Shown: positions 19,482 to 29,144, numbered from the stretch's first letter. The stretch: DNA of 64,000 bases from Planctomycetia bacterium TMED53 (GCA_002167285.1 NHDG01000060.1:6208-70207); one strand, 5' to 3'. Numbers and translations: made by a program. Notes: a model not told the origin generated them from the letters alone.

Positions 19482-20324
19482 TTACAAGCCCTGGGCGCAA
19501 TCGAGATTGTCATTGGTGAGGTCTTCTCCGGGGTTGGGGAATGGGAACCACGGGCCTGGTCCATCGAGGAAAAACCAATAGAGAAGGAAAATCGCATCGG
19601 AAATATCCGAGACTCCATCGTCATTGGCATCCCCTGCATCCATGCAGACAGGCAGTGGCCCAGAGAGAAATGTGTAGTCGAGGTGGAAAATCACATCCGC
19701 GATATCCACTTGGCCATCCATATTGACGTCTCCACGAATGAAAACTTCTGGAACCGGTGGAATGAAGATCTCCACACTTCCCGGTGATAGAGAATCGACA
19801 GCTACAGATGTGGTTCCAAAGACCAGCATGTTGTTTATTGGAGGGGAACCGTAACCATCTTGAAGAGTAAAGTTTGAGATGGATTCGGTCGAGTTTGCCG
19901 AAATCGTACCGCGAATGAAGGCGATCTCTTGGGCAAATCCCAATGACGGAAGAGCTTGGCCATTGAAGGGCGGAAGGGCGTCAAAGAGTACTCCACAGAT
20001 AATCGTACGATTGGTCATGTCGATCTGCGCTTGTACGTACTCTGCATTGATCGCTCCAGCGAGTGTGCCCTCCACGTCAACCACCAAGTTCTCGAGGGGG
20101 AATGGTGTGGGCCCACTGAACTCAGCAGAGAAGCTGAATCCAGAGATGTCTCCGGTCCAGTTCCCCAGAATCGGAAGGTCGAAATTTCCTCCAGGCTCCG
20201 CTGAAACACTTCCGATAGACATCGAGGTGCTTTGGGCATGTAAAGCAGAGAATGGTGTCATCGCCAGCAGGAGTACCCAAACGAGAGTCAAAAGAGCACT
20301 TGGAAGTGAAGACGGAGCCTTCAC
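19482..20324 (-). CDS. Secreted cohesin-like / dockerin-like (Ca-binding EF-hand repeat) protein
   Basis: C-terminal FIRGDVNMDGQVDIADVIF...DAGDANDDGVSDISDAIFLL is a duplicated dockerin type-I-like repeat. The N-terminal beta-rich region (SVSAEPGGNFDLPILGNW..GFSFSAEF) is cohesin-like. A GTG start at 20324 gives the clean signal peptide MKAPSSLPSALLTLVWVLLLAMTPFSALHA. The track ORF extends to 20438. Confidence 0.6.
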   Translation of the reverse strand: MKAPSSLPSALLTLVWVLLLAMTPFSALHAQSTSMSIGSVSAEPGGNFDLPILGNWTGDISGFSFSAEFSGPTPFPLENLVVDVEGTLAGAINAEYVQAQIDMTNRTIICGVLFDALPPFNGQALPSLGFAQEIAFIRGTISANSTESISNFTLQDGYGSPPINNMLVFGTTSVAVDSLSPGSVEIFIPPVPEVFIRGDVNMDGQVDIADVIFHLDYTFLSGPLPVCMDAGDANDDGVSDISDAIFLLYWFFLDGPGPWFPFPNPGEDLTNDNLDCAQGL

Positions 20325-20620
20325 AGTACTAAATCTCTCGGCATTCTCATTGCAGGATTCTCTGGAAGTGCAACTTGATAAGAAAGATCTAAAAATGGAT
20401 GCACAGGGAATCTTCACCACAACAACCTCGTTTCCCACCTAGGGCGACCCGACTTGGCTGAGCCAATTCGGTTTAAAGGGCGGGCATAATGTCAGCAATT
20501 CGACACACGGATTCACTCCCGGATTTACAGACCATGGGATACTATCAATGCCGGTTGAATACATAATCCGCGTCAGAACCGATGATACCCGCTTCAGGAG
20601 GCGTCTCAAGTAGGATGCGA

Positions 20621-20664
20621 GCGGGATTCAAGCGGGATTCAAGCGGGATTCAAGCGGGATTCAA
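20621..20664 (+). repeat. 4 x 11-bp perfect tandem repeat (GCGGGATTCAA) abutting the aconitase RBS
   Basis: Read directly. The last unit runs into AAGGAG, which lies 6 nt before the ATG at 20675. Confidence 0.9.
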
Positions 20665-20674
20665 GGAGCCAGAA

Positions 20675-22930
20675 ATGATCGATATCAGCACCATTCGTCA
20701 ACTTTACGAGAAGGCTGCCCAACGCCATGACCAGGCTCGCCAAGTCCTTGGTCGGGGATTGACCCTTGCAGAAAAGATTCTGTGCTCCCATTTAGATATC
20801 TCTGAAGGGGAACTGAAATCGGTTCCTCGGCGAAGAGATGATTACTGTGATCTGAGACCTGACCGGGTGGCGATGCAAGACGCCACTGCACAAATGGCAA
20901 TCCTCCAATTCATGCAAGCGGGTTTGGATCAGGTTCAGGTCCCCTCTACCGTGCATTGTGATCACCTGATTCAAGCGCGTCATGAAGCTGAAGCGGACCT
21001 TGCTGTTGCTGAAGAAGTGAATGCTGAGGTTTATCGATTCCTGAGAAGTTCCTCCGAAAAATATGGGATCGGATTTTGGAAACCTGGATCTGGAATCATT
21101 CACCAAGTGGTCCTGGAAAATTATGCATTTCCCGGAGGATTGATGATTGGCACAGACAGCCATACTCCTAATGCGGGTGGGCTGGGTATGTTGGCGGTCG
21201 GAGTGGGTGGAGCAGACGCGGTCGATGTGATGGCCGGATTACCTTGGAATGTCCGCTGGCCCGGTGCCATCGCTGTCCGCTTGACCGGAGAATTGAATGG
21301 TTGGACCTCTGCCAAGGACGTCATCCTCAAGGTTGCTGGAGAGCTCACCGTCAAAGGTGGGACTGGAGCGATCGTCGAATACATCGGCCCCGGAGCTCGG
21401 TCGATTTCGTGCACCGGGAAGGCCACCATTACAAATATGGGAGCCGAAATTGGAGCGACCTGCTCAGTCTTCCCCTTCGATGAGGCGATGTTCTCGTACT
21501 TGGAGTCCACGGGCCGTGCGGAACTTGCTGCATTGGCTCGGGATCATGCTGACCTGCTCGTTCCTGACGAAGGAGTCGAAGTTAATGTCGCCGATTTTTA
21601 TGATCAGGTTCTCGAAATAGACCTCAGCACTCTTGAGCCGCATGTCGTGGGTCCTCATTCACCGGATAGAGCTCGACCAATTTCAGAATTGGGAGATGAA
21701 GCCCGTGAAAATGACTGGCCTTTGGATATTAGTGCAGCGTTGATTGGATCTTGCACAAACTCCTCATACGAGGATATGGATCGAGCCTCTTCAGTTGCGG
21801 ATGAAGCAGTCAAGCTTGGTCTCAAGGCTAAGAGTCAATTTCTAGTTTCTCCCGGTTCCACTCAGGTCTTTAAGACCGTTGAGCGCGATGGTCAGGCTGG
21901 CATCTTCGAAAATTTGGGGGGAACCGTTTTGGCCAATGCCTGCGGACCCTGTATTGGTCAATGGCAGCGGGATGACATGGAAAAGGGAACCTCGAATAGC
22001 ATCGTGAGCTCCTTTAACAGGAATTTCCCCGGAAGGAATGACGGGAACGCTCAAACACTCTCTTTCATCGCCAGTCCTGATTTGGTGACAGCATTTGCGA
22101 TCGCTGGAAGCCTCGACTTCAATCCACTCACCGACCTCGTCACCACTCCGAGTGGTGAACAGATCAAGCTTCCTGTACCTGAAGGGGACAGCCTTCCTGA
22201 AGAGGGCTTTGTTGTCGATACAGAGGGATTCGTTTCTCCGCCTGAAGATGGTCGATCGGTCCAAGTAGACGTCGCATCCGATAGCGAAAGATTACAACTT
22301 TTGAATCCCTTTAAGCCCCGGGAAGCAGATCAGTTGGCTGACATGCCACTCCTTTTCAAGGCAAATGGAAAGTGCACGACCGACCACATCTCACCGGCTG
22401 GGCCATGGCTCAAATACCGTGGTCATCTTGAAAACATCTCTAGAAATATGTTCTTAGGTGCGGTCAATGCATTTCACGACAGCCCCGGCTTGGGTACAGA
22501 TCTGCAAAGTGGTGCCAGTAAGCCTCTCCACGAAATTGCACAGTCCTTAAGAGATCAGGGGAAGTTTTGGACCGTTGTCGGAGATGAAAATTACGGAGAA
22601 GGATCGAGCCGAGAGCATGCGGCCATGTCTCCAAGGTTCATGGGTTGTGGGGCAGTGATTGTGAGATCTTTTGCACGCATTCATGAAACGAATCTCAAAA
22701 AGCAGGGAGTTTTGCCGCTTCGATTCAAGGATCCTGCCGATTATGACAAGGTTCTCCAAGGTGACGTGGTGACGATCGAAGGACTCGACCAATTCGGCCC
22801 AGGCAGCAGCCTCACAGCGATTTTCCGCCACCAAGACGGATCGGAAGATCGCGCCGAGTGCAGTCACACATGTAGTGAAAGTCAGGTGAATTGGTTTTGG
22901 GCGGGAGCAGCCTTAAATACCCTTACCTGA
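20675..22930 (+). CDS. acn: Aconitate hydratase (monomeric ~750-aa mitochondrial-type aconitase)
   Basis: DRVAMQDATAQMA, GTDSHTPNAGGLG, IGSCTNSSYEDM and NACGPCIGQW (the three cluster Cys). The start at MIDISTIRQLYEK has an AAGGAG RBS. The upstream in-frame extension (20582) consists of the tandem repeat. Confidence 0.9.
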   Translation: MIDISTIRQLYEKAAQRHDQARQVLGRGLTLAEKILCSHLDISEGELKSVPRRRDDYCDLRPDRVAMQDATAQMAILQFMQAGLDQVQVPSTVHCDHLIQARHEAEADLAVAEEVNAEVYRFLRSSSEKYGIGFWKPGSGIIHQVVLENYAFPGGLMIGTDSHTPNAGGLGMLAVGVGGADAVDVMAGLPWNVRWPGAIAVRLTGELNGWTSAKDVILKVAGELTVKGGTGAIVEYIGPGARSISCTGKATITNMGAEIGATCSVFPFDEAMFSYLESTGRAELAALARDHADLLVPDEGVEVNVADFYDQVLEIDLSTLEPHVVGPHSPDRARPISELGDEARENDWPLDISAALIGSCTNSSYEDMDRASSVADEAVKLGLKAKSQFLVSPGSTQVFKTVERDGQAGIFENLGGTVLANACGPCIGQWQRDDMEKGTSNSIVSSFNRNFPGRNDGNAQTLSFIASPDLVTAFAIAGSLDFNPLTDLVTTPSGEQIKLPVPEGDSLPEEGFVVDTEGFVSPPEDGRSVQVDVASDSERLQLLNPFKPREADQLADMPLLFKANGKCTTDHISPAGPWLKYRGHLENISRNMFLGAVNAFHDSPGLGTDLQSGASKPLHEIAQSLRDQGKFWTVVGDENYGEGSSREHAAMSPRFMGCGAVIVRSFARIHETNLKKQGVLPLRFKDPADYDKVLQGDVVTIEGLDQFGPGSSLTAIFRHQDGSEDRAECSHTCSESQVNWFWAGAALNTLT

Positions 22931-23041
22931 TTGCCGAGTCGCCGATTTATTGACATGGGATTTTTGCTCCAATGATATCCTAGGGGATATGAACTTCATG
23001 ATCGGTGAAGTTCGGGGAAGATGGAGTTGGAGAGTGATCCC

Positions 23042-24868
23042 ATGTCGAGTTCTATCCTGAGAAAACTGTTCACCACCCTTTGGATGATCCCTCTACTTTC
23101 TGTAGTCGGTGCAGGTTGGACCCCTCTTCTGGGGCAGAATATCAACTTGGAATTGACCACAACTACAACCACCGTCGCACCAGGAGAAACCTTCTTGGTC
23201 GATCTCACAGTTGACAATTCTGGAGGATTCTCTGTTCGAGGGCTCCAGCATGTCATCTCTTGGGACTCTGCTTTTCTTCGGTTGACGGCTCTTCAGCTAC
23301 CCGGGGAGCTTGCGGGTTCCCCAACCCCAGAAATCCTCGTTTGGAATGCTCCACAGCCCACCGGAACCGGTGGAGATCAGGGGTGTAGTACTTGGTGGGA
23401 TGGAAGTGGTATTGAAGCTTTAAGTCTTGGGTTGATCTTGGAAGAGACCAGCTCCGACGAGATCATCCCTCTGGCCCAAATGGAGTTTCGTGTCATCGGT
23501 AGTGCTATGAACGGAGATACCACACTGACGACACCAGATCCTGATTTGACTTGTGGTTGGATCGGATCGATCATCACTGATCCGCAAGGAGCTGTGCTTC
23601 CGACGGAGACTGACGTGTTGGAGCTTTCGGTTAGTGACGTTCCCAGGCCTACTCAGTTCAGCTGTGGGGAGGCCTCCCAAACGGTGTATTTGAGTTGGCA
23701 GGAACCTGTCAGCTACTCAACTGTGAAAATCGCCAGGGATGGTGTTCTTATCGCTGAGCTTCCAGGGGGAACTCAGAGTTATGAGGATCCAAATGCGACC
23801 CTTGGAGCAGAGCTGAATTACAGTTTGCAGGGGGTACTCTCCAATGTCTCGTCCCCTGAGGTCTCATGCCAGGTGACAGTTGATGGCTTACTCGAAGCGC
23901 CAATGAATCTCGAATGTTTCGATAATGGCGGAGCTGTATTACTGACTTGGGAGAACCCTCTCTCTTACGATCAGATAGATGTTTTTCGCCAAGGCTCTCT
24001 TTTGACGACATTGACTTCGAATGCGACCAGCTTCAGTGATGACCAACCGATCACTGGGCAAAGCGTGGATTACTTTCTGAGGGGATCTCTCGAAGGAGTC
24101 TTCAGTAGTACTGATACGTGTCAAATTTCTCTGCCAATTCCGCAAGTCCTCTTTATTAGAGGAGACGTCAATAGCGATGGGGAATTGAATCTGGTTGACC
24201 CCGTAACCACACTTCAGTTCCTGTTTGTTTCGGGTGATATGCCATGCGCTTCTGCTGCGGACTTCAACGACGACGGTAATCTGGATCTGGCCGATGCTGT
24301 CAACTTGTTGGCATACCAGTTCACGGGTGGAATGAGCCCTGCAGCGCCCTTCCCAATGGCAGGATTCGATCCCACTCCAGATTCTTTAGGTTGCGATGTC
24401 GGCTGCTTTGACTCCACTTGTGGCGCGGGAATCCCCGGTGACGAATGCAGCGGTGCCATCGATATCGGTCTTGGAACAACTCCATTTGATACCTCTGCGA
24501 TGACTGATTCACCTGAGCCGTACGATGATCTCGGGTGTGAAGGTACTCTTCTGGGGTTGATGTACTCTGATATTTGGTTTGATTTCACTGCTCCTTCAAC
24601 GGGGCTTGCAACAATCTCACTCTGCTCTTCAGAAGTTGAATTCGACTCAGACTTGGTGATTTACAGCGGGAGCTGTAGTCAGTTGACCCAAGTGGCCTGT
24701 AATGGCGATGGCGTTGATGCGCAAGGGCAAGCTTGTCCAGATTTCACTTCGAGGATCAGTGGTCTACCGATGACCGCAGGCGAGAGCTTCCTGATTCGTG
24801 TGGGTGGATTTGATTCTGTGGGACAAGGCGAGTCAGGGCCGGGATCGATTACAGTGACCATCGACTAA
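23042..24868 (+). CDS. Secreted multidomain protein: cohesin-like, 2 x Fn3-like, dockerin-like and a Cys-rich C-terminal domain
   Basis: Signal peptide MSSSILRKLFTTLWMIPLLSVVGAG. Cohesin-like APGETFLVDLTVDNSGGFSVRGLQHVISWD. Two ~85-aa repeats (..VYLSWQEPVSYSTVKIARDG.. / ..VLLTWENPLSYDQIDVFRQG..). Dockerin-like FIRGDVNSDGELNLVD...DFNDDGNLDLADAVNLL. Confidence 0.6.
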   Translation: MSSSILRKLFTTLWMIPLLSVVGAGWTPLLGQNINLELTTTTTTVAPGETFLVDLTVDNSGGFSVRGLQHVISWDSAFLRLTALQLPGELAGSPTPEILVWNAPQPTGTGGDQGCSTWWDGSGIEALSLGLILEETSSDEIIPLAQMEFRVIGSAMNGDTTLTTPDPDLTCGWIGSIITDPQGAVLPTETDVLELSVSDVPRPTQFSCGEASQTVYLSWQEPVSYSTVKIARDGVLIAELPGGTQSYEDPNATLGAELNYSLQGVLSNVSSPEVSCQVTVDGLLEAPMNLECFDNGGAVLLTWENPLSYDQIDVFRQGSLLTTLTSNATSFSDDQPITGQSVDYFLRGSLEGVFSSTDTCQISLPIPQVLFIRGDVNSDGELNLVDPVTTLQFLFVSGDMPCASAADFNDDGNLDLADAVNLLAYQFTGGMSPAAPFPMAGFDPTPDSLGCDVGCFDSTCGAGIPGDECSGAIDIGLGTTPFDTSAMTDSPEPYDDLGCEGTLLGLMYSDIWFDFTAPSTGLATISLCSSEVEFDSDLVIYSGSCSQLTQVACNGDGVDAQGQACPDFTSRISGLPMTAGESFLIRVGGFDSVGQGESGPGSITVTID

Positions 24869-25598
24869 GGTTTACCTCTTCTGGGTCCCTCGTCACGATT
24901 CGTGCTTTGCTTCCGCAAAACACGATGGCAGAACGCATGTCATGCCCCTCAGTGTCAGCAATGTATCGCCATTTATTCTCGCCGATCTCTGGTAGTTCAG
25001 ATTTGATAGGTCCCTCGAGTATTTCCGCATTCGGTTCCCCTGAAAAGTGGCGTAGGGGCAGAGTCATTCCAGCGCCATGAGCTTTTACCATCGCTTCTTT
25101 TTGTACCCAGAGGTGAAAGAATGAGGTTCTACGTTTCTCTTCTTCGGTCTTTGACCAGCCTTCCTGTTCTTCTATGGAGAAGCAGCGTTGTGCTAGATCA
25201 TCGATGGGGGATTCTTTCCTGATTCGTTCCAGGTCAATCCCCAATGGTGTTTGCTTGGAAACTGCCAGAATCGCGTATTCACCACAGTGGCTCAGATTGA
25301 ATTGGAGAGAGGCCTCTCCATTCAGGATAGGTTTGCCGTGGCCTTCTATCATCAAGGGAACCTCTGCGGGAGAGCAATCAAGGTAGTTGGCAAGGATTCG
25401 TCGCAATCCCAATCGAGATCGAAAAGAGCGTTCTCCCAATTCTGGAAAAATACCTTGATCGATTCGCGAGCGTTCCTCTTCTACGAGTTCTGCAAGATGA
25501 AAGTGAGGTTCGGCAGGGTTTCCACTGAGTGAGAACTTCCAAATTTCAATATCGATGGGGCTATCGGTTATGACGTTGGATTTAGAATCTGAATTCAT
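24849..25598 (-). CDS. pfaE: 4'-phosphopantetheinyl transferase (Sfp/PfaE type)
   Basis: GKPIL, QFNLSHCGEYAILAV, LGIDLE and FFHLWVQKEAMVKAHG (WxxKEAxxK) motifs. The ATG at 25598 overlaps the oleD stop as ATGA. The track start at 25712 would overlap oleD by 118 nt. Confidence 0.8.
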   Translation of the reverse strand: MNSDSKSNVITDSPIDIEIWKFSLSGNPAEPHFHLAELVEEERSRIDQGIFPELGERSFRSRLGLRRILANYLDCSPAEVPLMIEGHGKPILNGEASLQFNLSHCGEYAILAVSKQTPLGIDLERIRKESPIDDLAQRCFSIEEQEGWSKTEEEKRRTSFFHLWVQKEAMVKAHGAGMTLPLRHFSGEPNAEILEGPIKSELPEIGENKWRYIADTEGHDMRSAIVFCGSKARIVTRDPEEVNLSRWSL

Positions 25599-26599
25599 GT
25601 GGAGACGGACTCCGATTCGCGCAGTGAAGATCGCAGGTGCTTCATTCCTTCTTCTGTGGAGACTTTTGGAACCCAATCTAAATCTCTTTTTGCGGCCGAT
25701 AGATCGAACCAATGACTGGTCGATTGCTGTCGAACAACGAATCGGGTGACCGGTGGTTCTCCGTTGAAGAAGGGAGTTTTGTACAGCGATTCAATCAGCC
25801 AGCCTGCGAAGCGAGCGACTGCTGGAGGCAACGTGGGTCGAATCAACGGTAGCCCCTCGCACTCCAGGAATTGCTGAATCAAATCTTCTGGGGCAATCGG
25901 TTCACCATTAGAGATGAAGTATGCTTTGCCTCTGCATGCGGGATTTGAATCCAATTTTTCCAAAGCACAAATGTGAGCATCGATCGCATTGTCGATGTAG
26001 CAAGCATCAATTTTCATCCCCGGACGACGCACGAGTTTCAGTTTATTGTTCCGAGCTCTATCGATGATCCTGGGAAACAGATGGCGATCACCGGGGCCCC
26101 ATACGAGATGCGGGCGCAATGCGATGGTTTTCAATTGTTCATCATTGGCGGAGAGCACCGCGCCTTCGGCGAGAGCTTTTGTTCGCGGATAGTCGGCCAA
26201 GAAATGGTCAGGGTAGGGTTCTGATTCGTCGATACCATTCTGATCGCCTCCAGAAAAAACCACACTGGGAGACGACGTGAAGATCAACCTCTCGATGCCA
26301 TTTTTACGGCACGCATCGATCACATTTTGAGTTCCAATGACGTTGGTGCGTTCAAAATCTTCTTTGGGTCCAGAGATTGCCGCTAACGCAGCAACATGGA
26401 ACACCGCATCTACGTCACTGAATGCTGCCATCAATTGATCAAAGTGATCGAGGGATCCTCGGTAGTGAGTCCCTCCAAGATCGTTCAAATGTGGATATTC
26501 TCCCCTTTGAAAGGTGACGATTTCATGACCCATTTCGATAAGGCGTTGGGCAAGGCGGCCACCAATAAACCCACCAGCTCCAGTGATGAGGCACTTCAT
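25595..26599 (-). CDS. oleD: NAD(P)H-dependent 2-alkyl-3-oxoalkanoate reductase (3-beta-HSD/epimerase-type SDR)
   Basis: MKCLITGAGGFIGGRLAQRL Rossmann motif and YPRTK (YxxxK). 334 aa. Position after oleC with an ATGA overlap. Confidence 0.75.
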   Translation of the reverse strand: MKCLITGAGGFIGGRLAQRLIEMGHEIVTFQRGEYPHLNDLGGTHYRGSLDHFDQLMAAFSDVDAVFHVAALAAISGPKEDFERTNVIGTQNVIDACRKNGIERLIFTSSPSVVFSGGDQNGIDESEPYPDHFLADYPRTKALAEGAVLSANDEQLKTIALRPHLVWGPGDRHLFPRIIDRARNNKLKLVRRPGMKIDACYIDNAIDAHICALEKLDSNPACRGKAYFISNGEPIAPEDLIQQFLECEGLPLIRPTLPPAVARFAGWLIESLYKTPFFNGEPPVTRFVVRQQSTSHWFDLSAAKRDLDWVPKVSTEEGMKHLRSSLRESESVST

Positions 26600-28239
26600 G
26601 AAAGATATCCCCCGAGGCGGGTGGCGAGCACCTCCCTTTGAATTTTTGCATTGTGACGAATATCGACCGGGAAAGGGCCAGTGATCACTATCGCTTCAAT
26701 GAGAGTGGTCAAAGGATTTTGTTTTGCAAGTGTGGTCAGTTCATCGCGAATCTGCTGGTGAGGGATCTTCGTCGTCGGATCAGGTTCAACGCACAAGATC
26801 GGACGTTGGGAGCCGTAGGGTCCGACTCCGACAAGCGCGGTACGAAAGACACCTTGATGCCCCTCAAACATTCTTTCTGTGGCGACAGTGTCGATGGGCC
26901 CATGAGCGGTGTGGATTCTTTGACTGGTTCTACCCCTGAACCAGATATCCCCATTCTGATCTCGAGTACCGATGTCTCCGGTGCGGTGCCAGATTCGCCC
27001 ACTTGAATCCAAGTATTTGTGATCGTGATTGGCGGATTCATCAAAAAGGTATCCGCGGCTCACAGTTGATCCCGTAACCCAAATCTCGCCGACGGTGTCA
27101 GTAGGAAGAGGCTGATCTTCAGGGTTTCCCGATGGCTCAACGATCTGCATCTGCACTTCGGCGACTGGAGCACCGATGTATACGCCTTCTCCAGCGAGGG
27201 TGTGATCACGAGTTTCGAGAATCTTCTGATGACTTGTGTGGCACAGGGGGAGCCCTTCCGTTGCGCCGTATGGAGTTTCGATCGCTGTCTCAGCGGTAAC
27301 GTGCATAGCCAGGCGCTCGATCTCTTCGTGACGGGCAGGGGCGCCGGCACTGATGATTCTTCGAAGTCCTTCGATTTTTTGGCCTGAAGTATGTAAGTAA
27401 TCAGAAAGCGATTTTAAAAGCGCAGGAGAGGCGAAAAGATTGGTGACCTTGAAGTTTTTTATGAGATCCAGAAGGTGCTGGGGGTCTGCTTTTGCAGGCT
27501 TCGTGAAATCCATGACTGGAACTACAGAGGTCATTCCTATCGCTACTCCAAAGAGTCCGAAGAGTGGGAATGTTGGAAGATCTACCTCTCCGGGTGAAAG
27601 CTGGTGACAGCGAGCGAGAGCTTCGACTTGGGCTTCCAATTGTCCATGATGAGCCATCGCTCCCTTTGCTGGGCCAGTACTTCCGGAGGTGAACAAGATT
27701 GCAGCGAGTTCATCTCGATCGAGAACAGGCCCTTCGTAAGGAACCATGGAAGGGATCTTTTTTCGAAGATCTGTCAGATGATAAGTCCCCGGAGGGAATG
27801 GACCCTCGCCGACTCCAAATCGGTGTTGAATCGTCGAGCGGCTCCAGCCCAAGAGAACTCTCGCCCAATGAGCCTTGCTGACTCCGACGAAGGCTTCTGG
27901 CCGTGCTCGGTCGAGGCATGATTTTAATCCGGAGATGCCTAGGCCTGGATCGACGAGGACTGGTGGGGCACCAATTCGCAACAATGCGAAGGTACACGCA
28001 AGAAATTCTCTTCCAGGTGGAACCATCAGCACCGTCCGCATTCCCCTGCGAATCCCACGTTGAATCAGAGCATGGCAAGTTTGATCGACGAGATGGTCTA
28101 ACTCTTTGAAGGTTCGCTCCTCAAGTTGACCATTTCGAAACTCCCTCACGGCAATTTGCTCTGGATGAGCTCGAGTATGTTGGCGTAAGAGCCTGTCAAC
28201 TCCTGCCTGTGGCTGAGCGAGAGGGGCGATTAAACTCAA
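26596..28239 (-). CDS. oleC: Olefin beta-lactone synthetase (AMP-dependent synthetase/ligase family)
   Basis: ILFTSGSTGPAKG, YGATEG and TGDIG adenylation motifs. An in-frame TTG at 28239 overlaps the oleB TGA (TTGA), giving 547 aa. The track ATG at 28365 would overlap oleB by 130 nt. Confidence 0.75.
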   Translation of the reverse strand: MSLIAPLAQPQAGVDRLLRQHTRAHPEQIAVREFRNGQLEERTFKELDHLVDQTCHALIQRGIRRGMRTVLMVPPGREFLACTFALLRIGAPPVLVDPGLGISGLKSCLDRARPEAFVGVSKAHWARVLLGWSRSTIQHRFGVGEGPFPPGTYHLTDLRKKIPSMVPYEGPVLDRDELAAILFTSGSTGPAKGAMAHHGQLEAQVEALARCHQLSPGEVDLPTFPLFGLFGVAIGMTSVVPVMDFTKPAKADPQHLLDLIKNFKVTNLFASPALLKSLSDYLHTSGQKIEGLRRIISAGAPARHEEIERLAMHVTAETAIETPYGATEGLPLCHTSHQKILETRDHTLAGEGVYIGAPVAEVQMQIVEPSGNPEDQPLPTDTVGEIWVTGSTVSRGYLFDESANHDHKYLDSSGRIWHRTGDIGTRDQNGDIWFRGRTSQRIHTAHGPIDTVATERMFEGHQGVFRTALVGVGPYGSQRPILCVEPDPTTKIPHQQIRDELTTLAKQNPLTTLIEAIVITGPFPVDIRHNAKIQREVLATRLGGYLS

Positions 28240-29144
28240 ACCAACCCTCCATAAACAGGTTGTCTGTTTCTGAACTTGCGAATGATGGGGAGTAGGATCT
28301 CCGGAAACTCGTCGAGGAGAAGGTGTCCGGCCTCGGGCCAACGATGAATCTCTGCATTCGGCCACAAGGTATTCCAGTGGTGTAAAAAGTCTGTATTGAA
28401 GACTGGATCTTTTTCACCCCAGAGCAGGAGCAGGGGATGATTCCTCAGTCGTTCGAGATTTTTTTCAACTTCGTTTAACGATTCCCAAGAAGGATCTTCA
28501 CTACTGACAGGGATATCTTCGACAAATCGGTGAACCGCCAAGCGATCTTTGTAATTTTGGTATGGATACCGATACCCACTGCGCTCGGCTCGTGACAATT
28601 TTCTCGACTTCACACCGATCAACAAAGTGCCATTTAAAAAGGCATTGAGTCTTCGAATAAGCCACTCTCCCAGAGCTCCACGAGCCGGGCCTAGAATGGG
28701 TGGAAAGGCCATCCCTTGCTGGAGAGGGAAGGCTGCGGTGTTGATGGCAACCAAGTGTTCAAAGCGTTCCGGTTTTCTTCCAGCGACGCCAAATCCGATG
28801 GCTCCTCCCCAATCGTGGGCGATCAAAGTCGCCTCCGAATCGATGCCCAGGTCATCGAGCAACCTCTCCAAGTCGTCAATCCTGTCAGCAAGCCGATAAC
28901 TGTAATCGGCCTCGGAGGGTTTGTCTGAGAGTCCGCAACCTACGTGATCCACCGCGATGACGCGATTCATCGTTGAGAGACCCTGGATGAGATTTCTGAA
29001 GTGAAATGACCATGTGGGATTTCCATGAACGCAAATGATGGGCTTGCCTTCTCCCTCATCGACGTAGTTCATTCGGATCCCATTACCTCTATCCCAAGAT
29101 TTTCCGGTGAAAGGGTATTCCTCCTGGAAACTTCTCTGCTTCAT
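28236..29144 (-). CDS. oleB: Alpha/beta hydrolase, haloalkane-dehalogenase-like (beta-lactone decarboxylase OleB)
   Basis: HGNPTWSF and LIAHDWGG (Asp nucleophile) motifs. The ATG at 29144 overlaps the oleA stop as ATGA. An alternative ATG lies at 29156. Confidence 0.75.
   Translation of the reverse strand: MKQRSFQEEYPFTGKSWDRGNGIRMNYVDEGEGKPIICVHGNPTWSFHFRNLIQGLSTMNRVIAVDHVGCGLSDKPSEADYSYRLADRIDDLERLLDDLGIDSEATLIAHDWGGAIGFGVAGRKPERFEHLVAINTAAFPLQQGMAFPPILGPARGALGEWLIRRLNAFLNGTLLIGVKSRKLSRAERSGYRYPYQNYKDRLAVHRFVEDIPVSSEDPSWESLNEVEKNLERLRNHPLLLLWGEKDPVFNTDFLHHWNTLWPNAEIHRWPEAGHLLLDEFPEILLPIIRKFRNRQPVYGGLV

Noticed and set aside
20582-20674. In-frame N-terminal extension of the aconitase ORF
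   Set aside because: The extension is the translated 11-bp tandem repeat. A proper AAGGAG RBS precedes the ATG at 20675, and the protein from there matches normal aconitase length.
22950-22998. TTGACA hexamer and a 6-bp inverted repeat (ATATCC/GGATAT) upstream of the 23042 gene
   Set aside because: No acceptable -10 hexamer sits at 16-18 nt spacing, and the inverted repeat is too short to distinguish from chance. Not reported as a feature.
28240-28365. Long N-terminal extension of oleC from the ATG at 28365. Similar extensions exist for the PPTase (to 25712), the SDR (from 10457), the GT (to 57283) and the kinase (to 61606).
   Set aside because: Each would overlap the upstream gene by 56-146 nt. 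In every case an internal start restores a short or 4-nt overlap consistent with the rest of the operon.
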